DNA of 64,000 nt from the human T2T-CHM13v2.0 reference genome, Homo sapiens, in assembly GCF_009914755.1 (NCBI RefSeq), contig NC_060925.1. One strand, 5' to 3'. Positions 58,241 through 64,000 of this stretch are shown here, piece by piece. Numbering within the stretch: position 1 is the first letter of the stretch; every line of letters begins with the position of its first letter. Below the pieces are notes generated by a model. It saw nothing but the letters and a program-made list of their open reading frames with translations, was not told where the DNA came from and did no database searches. A program made the position numbers and the translations under genes.

Positions 58241-58345
58241 ATAAGGAGTCAGGCCAGGGCGGGATGACACTCATTGATTCTAAAGCATCTTTAATCTGCC
58301 AGGCGGAGGGGGCTTTGCTGGTCTTTCTTGGACTATTCCAGAGAG
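58241..58345 (+). other. PIK3CD: PIK3CD non-coding second exon (105 nt, 'exon -1')
   Basis: Long polypyrimidine tract + CAG acceptor (58238-58240); exon ATAAGGAGTCAGG...CCAGAGAG; donor GAG|GTAGGT. Follows ...GGGACG directly in the recalled PIK3CD mRNA. Confidence 0.95.
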
Positions 58346-59205
58346 GTAGGTTGGGGGAACGGGCCAAGTGTGTGGGGGAAGGGAAAGGAGATGTTATTTT
58401 GTAGATAGGTTAAGAATGTGAACAAACCCATCCTCCCCGACTCTCCAGCCAAAGGAAGACTTCTCTGTAGGACTAGCACACCCAGAGGAAGAGAGTGACC
58501 CAAATTGGTGCTAGGAGCGAATGAATGGGGAAGTGAACTAGACCTCAGCCATTCCCAGGAGAGAGATGCTGCTGCCTGGGAAAAGAAGGAATGGCTTTGC
58601 TTTGAGGAGTCCTGGAGCCCATTACTAAGCTGCAGCATTTGGTATTTGACTCACACTGGCCACGGTAGCGTTGGACTCGCCTGACTGGGGAGAGAAATAT
58701 TAAAAGTTTTCTGGAGGAAATGGATTGAATTTTTATAATTCAGTGTTGCTTCTCAAGGAGTCCCTAGGTGGGGCCGTTCTGTGTCTTCAGAGAGCTGGCA
58801 GTCACTGTCTCAGTAAGAGGATGCTCTTCAGAGTTTCTAGGACATTAGCTTAGAAGATGAATGCAGTCCTTTCATGGTGCAAATGAGGACACTGAGGCCA
58901 GAGACCGACACTGGCTGGACGTTGGCTACCACACCCATCTGGGGGCCTGGAATAGCTGGGTCTGGCTTGGGAGCTCCATGACTGCGAGACCTGCCGGTCC
59001 CCTTGCAAGCTCTCTGGGTGCATAACATATTCTGTGTGTACCCAGAATTCCACTGGAGACGCTACTGTCATTTCAGGATGGAAAGGGGCAGGGGTTAGAG
59101 CGCGGTGGCGTCCTTAAAGGCTTTTTCCCCAACCTCAGCCTCATTTTCTCTAGATCTTCATTGGTACTTTCCAAACTTGTTTGATGATTGCGGATCTCTT
59201 TTTAA

Positions 59206-59547
<342 letters not shown>

Positions 59548-59801
59548 TTAACCTATAAACCAGATCAAAACAGCCACTGTAAGAGAAACTAGCCCAGAAC
59601 TCCTTCTGCTCAGCACCCTGTCCCACTCCCACCTACCTCTGAAGGCCTGGGGTGCTTCTTTGGAACCCCAGCGCTCCCCTGCACATAAGCAAAAGCCATA
59701 GATCATGTAGACCCCTGTTGGAGGATTAGAATTTCTTCCACACATCTATTTATACTGACTTGATCTTTGTCTCAGAAAATGCCTTTTAATAATATTTTTA
59801 A

Positions 59802-60322
<521 letters not shown>

Positions 60323-60364
60323 TAAAACTTGACTTTTATTTATTAGTAAGTATTATTATAGACT

Positions 60365-63586
<3,222 letters not shown>

Positions 63587-63838
63587 GGTCAGGCATGGTG
63601 GCTCATGCCTTGTAATCACAGCACTTTGGGAAGCCAAGGCAGGAGGATCGCCTGAGCCCAGGAGTTTGCATCCAGCCTGGGCAATGTACTAAGACCTTGT
63701 CTCTACAAAAAATTTGAAAATTAGCCAAGTGTGGTGGTGCATGCCTGTAGTCCCAGTTACTGAGGAGGCGGAGATTGCAGTGAGCTGTACTTGTGACACT
63801 GCACTCCAGCCTAGGGGACAGAGTAAGATCCTGTCTCA

Positions 63839-64000
<162 letters not shown>

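Overview
Human (primate) genomic DNA, extremely Alu-rich (roughly half the window by eye), recognisable as the 5' untranslated region of PIK3CD (PI3K p110-delta, chr1p36.22) on the + strand. It contains the CpG-island first exon (~18503-18574), a ~39.7 kb intron and the 105-nt non-coding second exon (58241-58345); the PIK3CD coding exons lie beyond the window. Inside the intron are the antisense gene PIK3CD-AS1/C1orf200 (spliced 167-aa ORF using an exonised Alu), an RPL26 processed pseudogene split by nested Alus, and a second CpG-rich, apparently bidirectional promoter region (~54.1-57 kb) with alternative first-exon candidates and the likely start of PIK3CD-AS2. The rest is Alu, L1, MIR/L2, MaLR/ERV1 LTR and DNA-transposon debris. 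Almost all ORFs in the supplied track are Alu- or GC-content artefacts. I see no new gene system. The most unusual signals are: (i) several apparent templated-repair scars between 31 and 53 kb (25-27 bp inverted copies 0.9-4 kb apart, an LTR piece dropped into an Alu without a TSD, fold-back insertions); (ii) an ISRE duplicated exactly by an Alu target-site duplication next to a PU.1 site; (iii) a compact ETS/NF-kB/double AP-1 cassette in the second promoter; and (iv) a uORF in the common 5'UTR exon. Gene and repeat-family names come from recognition and recall, not from database searches.
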